From: Verrucomicrobiota bacterium
GTDB taxonomy: Bacteria > Verrucomicrobiota > Verrucomicrobiia > Limisphaerales > Palsa-1400
Assembly: GCA_050015895.1 (NCBI GenBank)
Contig: JBEKAN010000001.1
Span: 1-42,701 of the forward strand
DNA: 42,701 nucleotides
Direction: 5' to 3'
The translations under genes and the position numbers were made by a program. Below the pieces are notes generated by a model. The model had not been told where the DNA came from and made no database searches. It saw nothing but the letters and a program-made list of their open reading frames with translations. Below, one piece after another: positions 42,692 to 42,701 of this stretch (the stretch's first letter is position 1; the number at the start of each line of letters is the position of its first letter).

Positions 42692-42701
42692 CTTCTGACG
42701 G

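Overview
High-GC bacterial chromosomal segment. Gene content and the short-repeat style suggest the PVC superphylum, probably Verrucomicrobiota, but the taxon is a guess. All calls come from reading the sequence and the ORF track; no searches were run. The high GC produces many long antisense shadow ORFs, which I rejected.

Layout, left to right:
(1) 11-2651 (+): an AmmeMemoRadiSam-type trio (LigB/Memo-like, AMMECR1, radical SAM). Its intergenic gaps hold unusual AT-rich short repeats, including a hairpin with a 29-bp stem.
(2) 2656-3481: a small ParE-like toxin/antitoxin cassette inserted at the 3' end of the radical SAM gene. It is bounded by two diverged ~152-nt direct copies of that 3' end.
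(3) 3558-9479 (-): a ~1973-aa secreted beta-propeller / Ig-like / beta-helix protein containing near-identical ~1.2-kb intragenic tandem repeats.
(4) A Ski2-like DEAD/DEAH helicase.
(5) 12162-15459 (-): an operon of GbsR-type regulator, SDR, a DCC(DUF393)-MBOAT fusion, and a small membrane protein.
(6) A lipoprotein, an aldo/keto reductase with a 4Fe-4S tail, and a flavodoxin-like FMN reductase.
(7) 19413-21019: a poorly coding, lower-GC patch with a sigma70-like promoter, three 10-bp-phased GGTTTGAC repeats and a 9/18-bp minisatellite.
(8) 21019-33797 (-): a tightly coupled ten-gene operon of MoxR, DUF58, BatA-VWA, VWA, a large coiled-coil membrane protein, DUF4159, a tetraheme lipoprotein, thioredoxin and a membrane protein.
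(9) A GH105/GH88-like hydrolase, divergent from an unknown 643-aa secreted protein.
(10) 37400-42701: an accessory-looking end region. It holds an IS4-like transposase remnant, a single-polypeptide PD-ExK nuclease + N6-adenine methyltransferase + TRD enzyme (Type IIG/ISP-like, no helicase), a 248-aa kinase-like ORF overlapping it by 85 nt, and then repeat-rich non-coding DNA.

The best candidate for a new system is the nuclease-methyltransferase plus kinase-like pair. The redox-tailed MoxR/VWA operon and the TA insertion with a duplicated gene end come next.
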